From: an uncultured Pseudomonadota bacterium
GTDB taxonomy: Bacteria; Pseudomonadota; Alphaproteobacteria; Rs-D84
NCBI GenBank assembly: GCA_902788485.1
Contig: CADAKI010000001.1
Location: 183,007 to 247,006 of the forward strand
Length of the DNA stretch: 64,000 bases
Reading direction: 5' to 3'
Shown: in pieces, positions 30,198-42,920 of the stretch
Position numbering within the stretch: the stretch's first letter is position 1
Layout: the number at the start of each line of letters is the position of its first letter
The notes under the pieces: model-generated
The model's input: the letters and a program-made list of their open reading frames with translations, nothing else
Databases searched by the model: none
What the model was told of the DNA's origin: nothing
Translations under genes and position numbers: made by a program

Positions 30198-32471
30198 TTA
30201 TTCAGATAAAACTTTGATAGTTTTGGTTGTTGGGTCCAAAAACCGAATTTGCCCGGTATATCCCATCGCACGACAATGGCTTGGGACCAAAAATTCCGGC
30301 ATCGGCGCAGATTCGCCCATTTCAACCTTGGCCAATAATTTCTTTTCAATATCAGATTTGCCTAAAAAGTATCTTTCTTGGGTTGCTTCAATAGGTCTGT
30401 GATACCAACCTTGGTATATAACGATTTGTTTGCCTTCGCCCAATGTCATAATATCCATTTCCGAATACAACGGTTTTGGTGCCTTGGTTTCTTCGGTTTC
30501 TTCGCCGGTATCTTTATTTTTCTTTTTTTCTTTTTTGATTTCATTACCAATCATTTCGGAAAAACGTTTGGCGGTTTCTGGGTCATTTTGACGCATAACA
30601 ATTTTCGCCGCCGTTGTTGAAATAATTGTGGCGGCGGCATCCGCACCGTATTTTTCCTGAATTTGGTGTAAATCTTGACCGATAATTAAATAAGAAATCT
30701 TTTGTCCGCGTCCCAAATCAGGTCCTTGGATAACGGCGTCCAATTTTTGCATTTTTGGCATTTCATCCAATACAAACAATACCGGATATGGCCCCAGTTT
30801 TTTACCATTTGATGTGATACCATCAGGGGTGTTCACCAATAAATAATTCGACATCAATTCGATAAATATTCCGGTGATTGGATTTAATGCCTGGGCATCA
30901 ACCATATTGATTGATAAATAAACCGTGACCGGTTTGATTTTTCCGTCCCTTGGATCACGCAGTCCGCGCAAATCTTCGAAATGGAAATCAGAATGTGATG
31001 TCCGGTTTCGCACCGCTGCATTACGGAAAACACCCAATCCCGCCATAATTGTGGACAATATTGACCCGCGTTCTTTGTCCGGTGTGTTTGCCAGTTGTGT
31101 TAATTCTAAAACCGCACGGTGTGAATATGCGAATTCTACGGCCTCGTTCACGGCGGCCTCTAACACATCCTTCATTGGGTCGGCCAATGCAACCATTTGG
31201 TCGCCTTGTTTGCGGCGTTCTTCCATTTCGGCGGCGTTTGCCAGTTGTGCCGCATTTAACCAATCCAAAATCATGGATAACGATGCCTCGTGCCCGACCC
31301 ATGCATCAGGAATATTTTTCCATGTTCCAACATGAACATAATTCATGGAATTTAATTCACCGCGTTGCAATAACCCCATCGCCGCATATGCGTTTGGATT
31401 ACTGGACATATTCAGGTAATATTCCAACAACACATTGGAATCTTCCTGGTTAAATTCACCCGATTGCAGACGCGAATAAAAATAATCATCGGCCTTGGCG
31501 CGTTCAACCTTGGAAATAATATATTGAATAAATCCGGACAATCCCGCGCGCCCAGAAATCGACCAATGCGGGTCCGCCGATGTGCCTGTGGCATCCGGGA
31601 CCAAAACCTTGCAAATCGTATCAACATACAAATCGCGTTGTTCGGTTTCGAACGGCACATGTTCCGGTGACAATGGGTTCCATGACGGGTAAAATATACC
31701 GCGTTCCGGGTCATCTTGACCCGCCCAATTCATAATAAACACCGGCCCAATCGTCGCACGATATGCAGATGTTTTTTGCTTTAATTCAGGTTTTGGGTCA
31801 TTGATAATCATTGAAACATTATCGCAATCAACGATTGTTGGAATAACAACGCCGGCGGTTTTACCGGCCCCCGGGGGCGCAACACACAATACAGACAATG
31901 TTTCATCCAACATCAATGGTTTTGTTTTTTTGCCATCCTTGAAATAGCCCAACACCATCATAAATCCGTTGAACAAACCATCTTTATTTTTGAAATTTTG
32001 TTTCATTTTGCGAATATCGTCGGCGTTTGCCTTGCGCGAAGATTTTGAATCATAAATATCAGACCCATACGGATTAAATTCCTTGGTCAATGTATCATCG
32101 GACACAAAATAAAATGCAATAAATGGCAACAGTGGTATAATCGCCGCAAAATCAGGTCGAATAATTGCCCGCGCAAACCAAGACGGCACGCCCGCAATAA
32201 CCGACATACCCCCGGTATGCAATGCATCACGCAAAAACAATCCCGACCAATGTGCGGTTGCCGGCGACCAACCATATCGAAACATGTGTTCCAACACAAA
32301 TGCCAACGCGAATGCTATGGCACAAATAATCCACATCGCCGCATTCCAACGGAAAATCCAAAACATTTGCGCCATCGGACCGGCTTCGTGTTCTTTATAC
32401 GCCGTCGATTTGAAAATGTTCAGTCCCTTGGACGACCCGCCCGCAGATAAAATATTGAATTTCTCAGCCAT
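30198..32471 (-). CDS. VirD4/TraG type IV secretion coupling protein
   Basis: N-terminal TMs, Walker A APPGAGKT..VVIP, NDPKPEL, WNPL, Walker B FVLDEMP, QDLHQIQEKYG and ETAKRFSEMIG. Confidence 0.9.
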   Translation of the reverse strand: MAEKFNILSAGGSSKGLNIFKSTAYKEHEAGPMAQMFWIFRWNAAMWIICAIAFALAFVLEHMFRYGWSPATAHWSGLFLRDALHTGGMSVIAGVPSWFARAIIRPDFAAIIPLLPFIAFYFVSDDTLTKEFNPYGSDIYDSKSSRKANADDIRKMKQNFKNKDGLFNGFMMVLGYFKDGKKTKPLMLDETLSVLCVAPPGAGKTAGVVIPTIVDCDNVSMIINDPKPELKQKTSAYRATIGPVFIMNWAGQDDPERGIFYPSWNPLSPEHVPFETEQRDLYVDTICKVLVPDATGTSADPHWSISGRAGLSGFIQYIISKVERAKADDYFYSRLQSGEFNQEDSNVLLEYYLNMSSNPNAYAAMGLLQRGELNSMNYVHVGTWKNIPDAWVGHEASLSMILDWLNAAQLANAAEMEERRKQGDQMVALADPMKDVLEAAVNEAVEFAYSHRAVLELTQLANTPDKERGSILSTIMAGLGVFRNAAVRNRTSHSDFHFEDLRGLRDPRDGKIKPVTVYLSINMVDAQALNPITGIFIELMSNYLLVNTPDGITSNGKKLGPYPVLFVLDEMPKMQKLDAVIQGPDLGRGQKISYLIIGQDLHQIQEKYGADAAATIISTTAAKIVMRQNDPETAKRFSEMIGNEIKKEKKKNKDTGEETEETKAPKPLYSEMDIMTLGEGKQIVIYQGWYHRPIEATQERYFLGKSDIEKKLLAKVEMGESAPMPEFLVPSHCRAMGYTGQIRFLDPTTKTIKVLSE

Positions 32472-32527
32472 GGTGTTATTATTATACCAGAAAAAACCAA
32501 CAAAATAAATCAGAAATAAAAAAATCT

Positions 32528-33184
32528 ATGAAAAACATACCGCGAATTTTTATTGGTAAAAACATTGTGTCAGGCGACAAAATTGCGATTGATAAATCTG
32601 TGTCGCATTATTTGGTACACGTTATGCGGCGCGATGATTGTTTGGTGTTTGGCGATGGGCATGAATACAAGGCAAATTTATCAAATGATGGGAATTTTTT
32701 GGTGGTTGGTAATCAAACATCACACGCCGACCCGTCAAATGATATAACATTATATTTTGCACCAATAAAAAAATTGGATGATATGTTAAACATGGCAACC
32801 CAAATGGGTGTTATGCGGTTTGTTCCGGTTATTACCGAACGCACCGTCGCGCATCACACAAATTGGGACCGTATGCAAAAAATAGTGATTGAGGCATCTG
32901 AACAATCCAATCGTAATTCTGTGCCGGAAATTGCAAAACCAATCAAATTTTCCGAATTACCATTTTCTGATTTGGTTTTTGCCGATGAACGTGCGGCGTA
33001 TGGCGCGGATTTGCCACATGATTTTATGGGGGCGAAAAATATTCTTGTTGGACCCGAGGGCGGATTTTCCGATGATGAATTTAGCATGTTGGATAAAAAT
33101 GGTGCGCACGGCATATCGTTGGGTAAAACGATTTTGCGTGCCGAATTGGCGGCGCCGGTGGCAATATCACGGGTGATAAAATGA
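32528..33184 (+). CDS. rsmE: 16S rRNA m3U1498 methyltransferase
   Basis: EASEQSNR, VGPEGGFS and SLGKTILRAE motifs. Confidence 0.93.
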   Translation: MKNIPRIFIGKNIVSGDKIAIDKSVSHYLVHVMRRDDCLVFGDGHEYKANLSNDGNFLVVGNQTSHADPSNDITLYFAPIKKLDDMLNMATQMGVMRFVPVITERTVAHHTNWDRMQKIVIEASEQSNRNSVPEIAKPIKFSELPFSDLVFADERAAYGADLPHDFMGAKNILVGPEGGFSDDEFSMLDKNGAHGISLGKTILRAELAAPVAISRVIK

Positions 33185-33879
33185 AACAACGAATCGCAAA
33201 ATTTATCGCATCATCCGGCATTGCATCCCGACGGGACGCCGAAAAAATAATCGCGTCTGGCGCGGTGTCTGTAAATGGTGTTGTTATCACAACGCCGGCA
33301 ACAATCGTCGATAATGATGTGGATACGGTAATGGTGAACGGTAAAAAAATAGAACCACAATCAAATACAGAATTATATATTTTCAACAAACCATTAAATG
33401 TTATGACGACTGCGCGTGACCCAAATGCCCGCACAACCATTTATGATATTTTACCACCTGAATACAAACATTTGCGATATGTTGGGCGATTGGATTATAA
33501 AACAACGGGATTATTGTTGCTGACCAATGATGGCGATTTGGTGCAAAAATTATCATTGCCATCAAATAAAATTCCGCGAACATATATTGCGCGTGTTGGT
33601 GGAACAAAACACCAATTTGAAATTGCGCGCCGTGGTGCGACGGTTGACGGGATAAAGTATCGTCCAATGGAAATAGATGAAATCGGAAAAAATAAATTAC
33701 GCATTACCGTGACCGAGGGTAAAAAGAATGAAATCCGTATTGTTCTGCGTGCATGTGGTGCGCCGGTTCAAAAATTGCATCGTGAATCTTTTGGAAATTT
33801 GCATATTGGAAATTTAGAATCTGGAAAAATTGAAAAAGTACATCAGAAAGATGTTGACCTGTTGTTGAAAACTCTTTAA
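33181..33879 (+). CDS. S4-domain rRNA pseudouridine synthase (RluB/RsuA family)
   Basis: SRRDAE, VGRLDYKTTGLLLLTNDG and EGKKNEIR motifs. Confidence 0.92.
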   Translation: MKQRIAKFIASSGIASRRDAEKIIASGAVSVNGVVITTPATIVDNDVDTVMVNGKKIEPQSNTELYIFNKPLNVMTTARDPNARTTIYDILPPEYKHLRYVGRLDYKTTGLLLLTNDGDLVQKLSLPSNKIPRTYIARVGGTKHQFEIARRGATVDGIKYRPMEIDEIGKNKLRITVTEGKKNEIRIVLRACGAPVQKLHRESFGNLHIGNLESGKIEKVHQKDVDLLLKTL

Positions 33880-33918
33880 CATTGCTAGTGTAAGAGAATA
33901 CAACAAGGGGGGAATCTG

Positions 33919-34923
33919 ATGCGTAAATCATCACCAAAAACAAAACCAATCACAACGAAACCGGCGGCCACCGGGTGGTCTGCGCCAATATATGTTTATT
34001 GGTTTATAATTTTATTTTTCATTGCGGCAACATTTTATATCTTGGGACGCAGTCACGGTATGATTCATAATCCGGCGACATTGAACGAAGAAATTTTGAT
34101 GCAGGCAAATGATTATTTCAATTCCGGCAAAGAAAAATTGGCATCCGGTGATATCGAGGGCGCAATCGCTGATTTAACCGCGGTTGTTGATTCCGGCGCG
34201 GTGTCAAATACGGCTTACTTGGCCCGGGGCGAGGCATATATGTTAATCGGTGATTATAAAAAGGCGATGGCTGATTTTAATTCCGCGATTGAACATGATG
34301 CGACAAATGTTTTGGCATTTTATGACAAGGCATTATTGGAAATGCGTTTGGAAGATTACGACGCGGCCATGGTTGATATCAACAATGCGCTGGTTGTGGC
34401 GGCGATGTCTGAAAATTCCCCGGTTGCATTGCGTGATTTATACGCCAAACGTGGCCAGTTGAATTTATGGTTGAAAAATTGGGATGGTGCGATTGCCGAT
34501 TATACAAATTCTTTGTCGCATCCCGATGGCACGGTATCGGCGGATGTTTATGCCGAACGCGCCGAAGCATACACCGCCCGTGGCGATTATGCCGATGCAA
34601 TTAATGATTATGCATCCGCGATGCAGGTTATCAAAGAACAATTAAACGGCGTGACCGATATGGAATTGGGCGAAAAGTTATCTCACGATGTGATGTTGTA
34701 CACGGAAAAAAGTGCGGCATTATATTTGAAATTGGATAACAAATCTGCGGCATTGACAAATTTACAGGGCGCATTGCAAATCGCAACGGCGTTAAACGAT
34801 ACGGATTCTGTGGAACATTTGGAAAAATTGGTTTCTGATTTGCAAAAATCGATTGATTCCGAACGCGGTAAAACCGTCACCATGGACCAAGTTTCCATGG
34901 CAACCCCAGATGCCGCAAATTAA
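33919..34923 (+). CDS. Membrane-anchored TPR protein
   Basis: One TM helix followed by repeated A..D...A TPR motifs. Confidence 0.82.
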   Translation: MRKSSPKTKPITTKPAATGWSAPIYVYWFIILFFIAATFYILGRSHGMIHNPATLNEEILMQANDYFNSGKEKLASGDIEGAIADLTAVVDSGAVSNTAYLARGEAYMLIGDYKKAMADFNSAIEHDATNVLAFYDKALLEMRLEDYDAAMVDINNALVVAAMSENSPVALRDLYAKRGQLNLWLKNWDGAIADYTNSLSHPDGTVSADVYAERAEAYTARGDYADAINDYASAMQVIKEQLNGVTDMELGEKLSHDVMLYTEKSAALYLKLDNKSAALTNLQGALQIATALNDTDSVEHLEKLVSDLQKSIDSERGKTVTMDQVSMATPDAAN

Positions 34924-35033
34924 AATGTGGCGCAATAAATCGCGTCCCCAACACACAATAAAAACGCACCAACAAAAGTTGGTGTGTTTTTTATGCAAAA
35001 AAACACCACCCAAAAACGGGTGGTGAAAAATTA

Positions 35034-35306
35034 TTATTTACGCAAACCTAATTTTTTAATCAGTTCTTCGTAATCTTTTTCATTGCGGCGTTTGATATAT
35101 GCCAACAATTTTTTACGACGATTAACCATCAATAACAAACCGCGTTTGCTGTGTTCGTCTTTGTGATTATTTTTCATATGTTCTGTTAAATTGCGAATAC
35201 GTTCGGTCAAAACCGCAACCTGGGATGCGGCACTGCCACCGTTATCGGCATCAGACACCTTGAACGCAGAAATTAATTCTGTTTTTTTTGCTTTTGTAAT
35301 GGACAT
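35034..35306 (-). CDS. rpsO: 30S ribosomal protein S15
   Basis: QVAVLTERI..LTEH...HKDEHSKRGLL.MV.RRKKLL.Y pattern. Confidence 0.98.
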   Translation of the reverse strand: MSITKAKKTELISAFKVSDADNGGSAASQVAVLTERIRNLTEHMKNNHKDEHSKRGLLLMVNRRKKLLAYIKRRNEKDYEELIKKLGLRK

Positions 35307-35317
35307 TACATTTTCCT

Positions 35318-36190
35318 TTATATTGTGCGTTTTGGACGCAGTTGTTTATTTTCTACAACACCGATTCCGATAAACGTGTCGTTGTTATACACGCGCACCA
35401 AACCGTTCGGTCTTGCGGTTTTGATAAATCCACCATGTTTATAAAAATCGGTGTCTTTATCACTCAGATTCAAAACCGGAATGTCCCCCAGTCCCAAATC
35501 CAACGGCATCAGAAATTTCCCGATGTCCGCCCCATTATTATACAGATTTTCCAAAAAATCAAGTGTGACGGCATTTTTTATATCAAACCCCGTTGTGTAA
35601 ACACGACGAATCATGTCCACGGACGCAATTGCATCGCATTTTTTTGCGATATCACGCGCCAAAGAACGCACATAGGTGCCACTGCTGCATCGCACCGAAA
35701 AATCCCATGATGTGCCATTAAAACCGTTGTATTGCATATTGTAAATATGCACCGGTCGTGGTGGTAATTTAATATCCGCGCCATTGCGTGCCATTTTATA
35801 TGCACGCGCACCGTCAATGTGAACCGCACTGTATTTCGGTGGTACCTGCATAATATCGCCAATCAATTCATTGACCGCCGTGCGAATTTGGTCATCCGAT
35901 GGTATAATATCGTTGCGCGAAATAATATTGCCGGTCACATCCAATGTGTCTGTATCAATTCCAAACTTTAATGAAAACAGGTATTCTTTTTCGCCGCCGT
36001 TTGCGTCTGACACAAACGGAATCATTTTTGTGGCGTTCCCCAACGCGATTGGTAAAACCCCGGTTGCCATTGGGTCCAATGTTCCAATATGTCCGAATTT
36101 TTTTGTGTTAAACAAACGCGCCACGCGTGCGCCGGCGGTTCGGCTGAATACACCCGACGATTTATCCAAAATAATCCATCCAGACGACAT
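35318..36190 (-). CDS. truB: tRNA pseudouridine(55) synthase
   Basis: GHIGTLDPMATGVLP, QVPPKYSA and CSSGTYVRSLARD motifs. Confidence 0.96.
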   Translation of the reverse strand: MSSGWIILDKSSGVFSRTAGARVARLFNTKKFGHIGTLDPMATGVLPIALGNATKMIPFVSDANGGEKEYLFSLKFGIDTDTLDVTGNIISRNDIIPSDDQIRTAVNELIGDIMQVPPKYSAVHIDGARAYKMARNGADIKLPPRPVHIYNMQYNGFNGTSWDFSVRCSSGTYVRSLARDIAKKCDAIASVDMIRRVYTTGFDIKNAVTLDFLENLYNNGADIGKFLMPLDLGLGDIPVLNLSDKDTDFYKHGGFIKTARPNGLVRVYNNDTFIGIGVVENKQLRPKRTI

Positions 36191-38724
36191 TATTTTTCAC
36201 CAAACAGCGATAATTGGGGTGGGTTATCATGTATTTGCATGTTTGTTTTACTGGTGCGTGTGGTCTTTTTTACATCAGCCGATGTCACGATTGGCGTTTT
36301 TGTCCCGTTTTCCAGTTCTGATAATACAACCTCGGCCCGCGCAACCACAGATTCCGGCATGCCCGCCATTTTTGCAACATGAATACCATATGACCGATTT
36401 GCAACACCGGGGATAATTTTATGCATAAATATAATTTCGTTATTGTATTCGCGCACATCAATGGTTAAACAAGATACATTTTGCAACGCGCCACCATTAT
36501 CGCCAGTTAACGCGGTCAATTCGTGATAATGCGTCGCAAATAAAGTCCGTGGTGCCAATTCGTTCAAATATTCTAATACAGATTGTGCAATCGCCATCCC
36601 ATCGTATGTTGCGGTGCCGCGCCCAATTTCATCAAAAATAATAAACGAACGATTTGTTGCACGACGCAAAATGTTGGCGGTCTCACTCATTTCCACCATA
36701 AATGTTGATTGTCCCGCCGCCAAGTTATCCGACGCACCAACGCGACTGAATAATTGGTCACAAATGCCAATCGTTGCACTTTCCGCCGGAACAAAAGAAC
36801 CCAAATGCGCCAACACAACAATTATTGCATTTTGGCGCAGGTATGTTGATTTACCCGCCATATTTGGCCCGGTCAATAACGCAATTTTTTTATTTGATAA
36901 ATCACAATCATTTTTAACAAAGTTATCACCCCGTAAACGTAAAACATATTCAATCACCGGATGCCGTGCGCCAACAACATTAAATTCAACGCCACACGTC
37001 AATTTTGGACACACCCAATCATATTCAACGGCAACCAATGCCAACGCCGTCCAAACATCCAAATCTGCCAACAAATCCGCGGTTGTTAATAAATCATCCG
37101 CGATTTCACGCACAGAATCGATAAAACCATTGACGATTTCTTCTTCGATTGCGTTAGATTTTTCCACCGCACTGCGAATATCATTGTCCAAATCAATCAG
37201 TTGTGCGGTTGTAAAACGCATATTCCCCGCCAATGTTTGACGATGTATAAACCCAGAATCAGGTTTCATCATATCGTCGGCGCGGGTGGATGGAACCTCG
37301 ATAAAATAACCCAAGATATTATTAAATTTGATTTTTAATGTATGAATTCCCGTCTGTTCAATATATTGTGCCTGGAGTCCCGCGATAGTATTTTTTGCGC
37401 CATGTGATAATTCACGCATGCGGTCCAATCCAACATCATACCCATCGCGAATCACATTAAAATCACGGAAAAACGTTGGTAATTCATCCGCCAATGCATT
37501 TTTTAATTTTGCACCCAACATATCGTGTGTATTAATCGCACCAATGCGTGCCGCAAAATCAGAATCAAACGCCACGGCCATTATTTTTAATCGTGGCAAA
37601 TTCAAAATAAAATCGCGTATGTGTGCCATGTCGCGCGGTGTTCCACGACCCGATATTAATCGCGCCAACGACCGTCCGGCATCCGGCATAGATGATAATT
37701 CGTGAACAACACTTAACATTGTTGCCCGATTAGATAAAAAATGTGCGATATGCGTCTGACGCAAATTTATTTCATCAATATCCCCCGACAAAGCCCGCAA
37801 ATACGCACGCAATTTTCGCGCCCCCGCCGCCGTTTTTGTTTTATCCAATACATCAATCAGGCATGCACCACCCGAATTTATTGGTGCATCAATTTCCAAA
37901 CTTTTCCATGTTGCCGAATCAATCAATAATTGCGCATCGTTTTTCAGTTGCCGCGGTGCACGAAAAGTTGTTGTTGCACCACGTCCGGTGTTAAATAAAT
38001 ACCCCGCCAACAAATATGTTGCATTATCCATGTTTTCAGATTGGACATCCGTGATTGCGCCACCAAACACGCGTGATACAATTTGCGTTATATCAGACCG
38101 AATATATAATTTTTCATATACCGGTGTTGTTTTGAAAATTGCGCGCATATGGAATATTGTGTCATTTTCTGCGGACGACGCCGGGTAAATAACCTCGGCC
38201 GGGTTTAATCGTACCAAATCATCAATTACGTCTGCGGTTTGCCCAATGAAAAATTCACCGGTTGAAATATCGCAACCTGCAACATCAAATTTATTATTTT
38301 GGGTTGGAACAACCGCCACCAAGAAATTAGAATTTTTCGGATTTAATAAATTTTCATCGGTCAATGTTCCCGGCGTCAAAACGCGCACAATTTTGCGTTC
38401 AATAAATTTATGCCCGCGTTGTTTTGCCTGGGCCGGGGTTTCCATTTGTTCAACCAATGCAACATTAAATCCCGATTTTACCAGTCGCCCAAAATAATTG
38501 TCCGCCGCATGCCACGGAATACCACACATTGGTATGTTTTCGCCATCCGCATCAGTGCCGCGTTTGGTTAAAACCAAACTCAATGCATTACTGATAGTTT
38601 TTGCATCGTCAAAAAATGCCTCGTAAAAATCGCCCAAACGAAACAACAGCAACGCGTCCGGATTTTCAGATTTCATATCCAGATATTGTTGCATTACCGG
38701 TGAAATTTTTTCTTTTGCTGCCAC
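36190..38724 (-). CDS. mutS: DNA mismatch repair protein MutS
   Basis: FRLGDFYE.F, TGPNMAGKSTYLRQ, STFMVEM and DEIGRGT motifs. Confidence 0.98.
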   Translation of the reverse strand: MAAKEKISPVMQQYLDMKSENPDALLLFRLGDFYEAFFDDAKTISNALSLVLTKRGTDADGENIPMCGIPWHAADNYFGRLVKSGFNVALVEQMETPAQAKQRGHKFIERKIVRVLTPGTLTDENLLNPKNSNFLVAVVPTQNNKFDVAGCDISTGEFFIGQTADVIDDLVRLNPAEVIYPASSAENDTIFHMRAIFKTTPVYEKLYIRSDITQIVSRVFGGAITDVQSENMDNATYLLAGYLFNTGRGATTTFRAPRQLKNDAQLLIDSATWKSLEIDAPINSGGACLIDVLDKTKTAAGARKLRAYLRALSGDIDEINLRQTHIAHFLSNRATMLSVVHELSSMPDAGRSLARLISGRGTPRDMAHIRDFILNLPRLKIMAVAFDSDFAARIGAINTHDMLGAKLKNALADELPTFFRDFNVIRDGYDVGLDRMRELSHGAKNTIAGLQAQYIEQTGIHTLKIKFNNILGYFIEVPSTRADDMMKPDSGFIHRQTLAGNMRFTTAQLIDLDNDIRSAVEKSNAIEEEIVNGFIDSVREIADDLLTTADLLADLDVWTALALVAVEYDWVCPKLTCGVEFNVVGARHPVIEYVLRLRGDNFVKNDCDLSNKKIALLTGPNMAGKSTYLRQNAIIVVLAHLGSFVPAESATIGICDQLFSRVGASDNLAAGQSTFMVEMSETANILRRATNRSFIIFDEIGRGTATYDGMAIAQSVLEYLNELAPRTLFATHYHELTALTGDNGGALQNVSCLTIDVREYNNEIIFMHKIIPGVANRSYGIHVAKMAGMPESVVARAEVVLSELENGTKTPIVTSADVKKTTRTSKTNMQIHDNPPQLSLFGEK

Positions 38725-38736
38725 GACATACCCTGT

Positions 38737-38940
38737 TTATGCAGAAACCTTTAATGTTTCGATTTTCAATTCGGCTTCTTTTAATAATTGTTCACAATAC
38801 GCCTTTAACTTAATTCCTTGTTCGTATGCGGCCACAGAATCCGCCAACGGCAATTCGCCAGATTCCATTTTTTTAACCAATTCGGTTAATTGTTTATATG
38901 CTTCTTCAAAGGTCAGTTTTTTATCGGTATTTTCTGCCAT
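38737..38940 (-). CDS. xseB: Exodeoxyribonuclease VII small subunit
   Basis: TFEEA..L..LV.KMESGEL.L.DS...YEQG..L...C...L.EAE pattern. Confidence 0.93.
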   Translation of the reverse strand: MAENTDKKLTFEEAYKQLTELVKKMESGELPLADSVAAYEQGIKLKAYCEQLLKEAELKIETLKVSA

Positions 38941-39143
38941 GTTTTTAATCCTTTTTATGTCAGATGAAAAATACACGATAAAAACCAAACTTTCAACAAA
39001 TTAAATAAAAATAATTATTCATAAACTGCACTTTGCTTGTGCCCCACGACCATATGGACGGCGGGGCAAACTTTGAACTAAAAAATCCCGCCAAAGCGGG
39101 ATTTTTATGAAAATAATCGCGGCTTTGCGCAAGCAAAGACGGA

Positions 39144-40899
<1,756 letters not shown>

Positions 40900-40970
40900 C
40901 TTTATCTGTGTTTATGATAAAATTCACCAATGAAAACACATAATTTTTAATTTTGTAAAAGGATTATAAA

Positions 40971-41414
40971 ATGTCATTTCGTGCAACCGTTGAATCTATG
41001 TCGCAAATCATGGATGAAATGGGAATAACTGAATTGGATTTGGAACGTCAATTTTTATTTGGCGTGTATCGCAAACATATTCACTTGTCCAAGGGATGTG
41101 CACCAACGGTGATGCCGTCTTTCCCGACGGATAACGGTATAAAAAATGCGACAACCGCCACCGCGGTCGCGCGTGATTATGCAAACGCATTAAAATCACC
41201 AATGGTTGGCGTGGTGTATTTGGCAACCGAACCGGGCGCAAAACCTTTTGTCAAGGTTGGTGACACCGTTCACGCCGGCGATACCGTCGCCTTGGTCGAG
41301 GCGATGAAAACATTTAACCCGATTAAGGCCACATCTGACGGCGTTGTCAAAGAAATTTTGGTGACCGATGCCCAGGCCGTAGAATTTGACCAACCATTGA
41401 TTATTATCGAGTAA
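40971..41414 (+). CDS. accB: Biotin carboxyl carrier protein
   Basis: SPMVG, EAMK biotinylation site and VEFDQPL. Confidence 0.93.
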   Translation: MSFRATVESMSQIMDEMGITELDLERQFLFGVYRKHIHLSKGCAPTVMPSFPTDNGIKNATTATAVARDYANALKSPMVGVVYLATEPGAKPFVKVGDTVHAGDTVALVEAMKTFNPIKATSDGVVKEILVTDAQAVEFDQPLIIIE

Positions 41415-41419
41415 AATAT

Positions 41420-42814
41420 ATGTCCCAAATAAAAAAAGTTTTAATTGCAAATCGTGGTGAAATCGCCCTGCGTATAATTCGTGCGTGTCGCGATATGGGT
41501 ATTCGCACGGTTGCGGTTTATTCAACCGCGGATAAAAATGCGATGCATACGCAACTGGCGGATGAATCTGTATGTATTGGACCGGCGCCGTCGCGTGATT
41601 CATACCTGAATGAATCGGCAATTTTAACGGCGGCATTATTAACGAACGCCGACGCGGTTCATCCCGGATATGGATTTTTGTCTGAAAACGCGGGTTTTGC
41701 GCGCAAGGTTGAATCACACGGTATGATTTGGATTGGACCATCCCCGGACATGATTGTTCGCATGGGGGACAAGGTTAACGCAAAAAAAACCGCAATCGCA
41801 TGTGGTTTGCCGGTTGTGCCGGGGTCGGATGGTGCGGTAAAAACATTGGATGACGCAAAGGTTTGTGCCGACAAAATCGGATACCCGGTTATGTTAAAGG
41901 CCGCATCTGGTGGCGGTGGTCGCGGTATTCGTGCGGTGATGACACCATCTGATTTGGCAGATGCATTTTCAACCACCCGGGCCGAGGCCAAGGCCAGTTT
42001 TGGTGACGACACATTGTATATGGAAAAATTATTGTTGCACCCGCGTCATATTGAATTTCAAATTTTGGGTGATAAACATGGTAATGTTGTTGTGTTGGGC
42101 GAACGCGATTGTTCACTGCAACGCAAAAACCAGAAAGTTATCGAAGAATGTCCTGCGGCGATTTTATCACAAAAACAACGCGACGATATGATTGAAATTT
42201 GTAAAACCGCCGCCAAAAAAATGGGGTATTTCAGTACCGGTACATTTGAATTTATGTATGAAGACGGCAAATTTTATTTCTTGGAAACAAATACCCGGTT
42301 GCAAGTTGAACACCCCGTGACTGAAATGGTTTATGGTATTGATTTGGTGCGCGAACAAATTCGTATCGCGGCGGGCGAACGGTTGGGCTATACCCAGGCA
42401 AATATCGTTCCGCACGGACACGCGATTGAATTTCGTATCAATGCCGAAGACCCGGATACATTTATCCCCAACCCCGGCACAATATCATTATATGCGCCGT
42501 CGGGCGGATTGGGCGTGCGTGTGGATTCGGCGGCCTATACCGGATACACAATTCCACCGACATACGATTCCATGATTGCGAAATTGATTGTGCATAACAC
42601 ATCACGTGCAACCTGCATAATGCGTGCAACGCGTGCACTGGATGAATTTGTGATAGAGGGGGTAAAAACCACAATCCCACTGCATAAAAAATTGTTAAAC
42701 AATCGTGATTTTCGCCAGTTGAATTTTGATAATCATTGGTTGGAACATTATTTGGCATCTGCCCCAAATCCGGATGATGAAATTGTCCCAGAACAAGACA
42801 AAACCGAAGAATAA
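41420..42814 (+). CDS. accC: Biotin carboxylase
   Basis: ANRGEIA, HPGYGFLSEN and NTRLQVEHPVTE motifs. Confidence 0.97.
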   Translation: MSQIKKVLIANRGEIALRIIRACRDMGIRTVAVYSTADKNAMHTQLADESVCIGPAPSRDSYLNESAILTAALLTNADAVHPGYGFLSENAGFARKVESHGMIWIGPSPDMIVRMGDKVNAKKTAIACGLPVVPGSDGAVKTLDDAKVCADKIGYPVMLKAASGGGGRGIRAVMTPSDLADAFSTTRAEAKASFGDDTLYMEKLLLHPRHIEFQILGDKHGNVVVLGERDCSLQRKNQKVIEECPAAILSQKQRDDMIEICKTAAKKMGYFSTGTFEFMYEDGKFYFLETNTRLQVEHPVTEMVYGIDLVREQIRIAAGERLGYTQANIVPHGHAIEFRINAEDPDTFIPNPGTISLYAPSGGLGVRVDSAAYTGYTIPPTYDSMIAKLIVHNTSRATCIMRATRALDEFVIEGVKTTIPLHKKLLNNRDFRQLNFDNHWLEHYLASAPNPDDEIVPEQDKTEE

Positions 42815-42920
42815 AAAAACCGCCAAATTGACGGTTTTTTTTGAGTGAATATTCTTGACATTAATAAATTTTGTGTTATATTTGCCGCTGCAAGTACATA
42901 CAAACTATAGGAGTTTTATT

